From NCBI GenBank assembly GCA_021432655.1, contig MU271658.1, positions 1 to 34,508 of the forward strand: a stretch of 34,508 nucleotides of DNA. The letters are read 5' to 3'. Positions 33,854 to 34,508 of this stretch are shown piece by piece (the stretch's first letter is position 1; each line of letters begins with the position of its first letter). Below the pieces are notes generated by a model. It made no database searches and was not told where the DNA came from. It was given only the letters and a program-made list of their open reading frames with translations. The DNA comes from Atractiella rhizophila. Lineage: Eukaryota. The position numbers were made by a program, and so were the translations under genes.

Positions 33854-34508
33854 CTTGGTCTCTGTGTGGGTGGCTTGAGGAAGTGATCTTTTCGAAGTAT
33901 TAAAGATTTGGTTAATGATGCAACTGCGGAGGGAAGCGCCCTTTTAAATGATGTAGACCAAATGTAGATGATTTGGAGTGGTAAACATGGGCGGAGAACG
34001 AGCTAAAGACTTCTGCACCATCCACTGCCATTCCGCGACCCGCAATAGCAGGCCGCACGGTCGAACTGACCGCCATAAATATATCATAGGTCGGCAGCTA
34101 GAATTGAAACTGTTCAGAAAGTTGGGCTGACCTGATCGAGGGGTGAAGAAGCCATTGCCGCGGCGACGGGATTAAGAGGAGAGTGCGCTTTTAGGCAAGC
34201 TTGGATGTGCGAGCTCCACCTGGCTGCCACCGAACTCAAGTCTTGTGCGAGTTCAGAAACGCTCAGAAACTAATTCAATTGAATGGAATTGAGTTTCGGA
34301 CGAGGCTGCTTTGGTCGCGTTGTTTTCTTGGGTGTCTCTGCTGTAACACTTGAATTAAAAGAGAAGGATTGAATATTGCCTAGTGAATGGGTTAGCGAAA
34401 TGTCTGGAGGTCTCTGTACGTCTCCGATTGCCGCTGTGTGAGGACCTTTGTGGAGCTGCTTCCAAAGCCAGCCTGTTCGGCGCAATATTGCATTCGTCAG
34501 GTCCTAAG

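Overview
Intron-rich eukaryotic DNA. The gene families and the short GT-AG introns with CTRAY branch points point to a basidiomycete fungus (inference). I spliced the genes by hand. In order: a large Cys-free secreted repeat protein (1889-4677); a Zn(II)2Cys6 transcription factor carrying an in-frame internal ~920-bp tandem duplication (4962-8636, -); SYF2 and SFH5 head-to-head; two intronless paralogous F-box/LRR-like genes with a 239-bp tandem repeat between them; a Cps1-like GT2 polysaccharide synthase; a four-copy array of small proteins with a permuted-papain-like H...NC signature, two of them disrupted; an APH/choline-kinase-like gene; a duplicated metallo-beta-lactamase-fold (AHL-lactonase-like) gene; SHE9/MDM33 with an unusually long structured intron; and a short second Zn2Cys6 gene. 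Four separate near-identical tandem duplications and several single-base homopolymer frameshifts mean part of the structure could be haplotype or assembly artefact, so raw reads are needed. I saw no rRNA, tRNA, CRISPR array or intact transposon.
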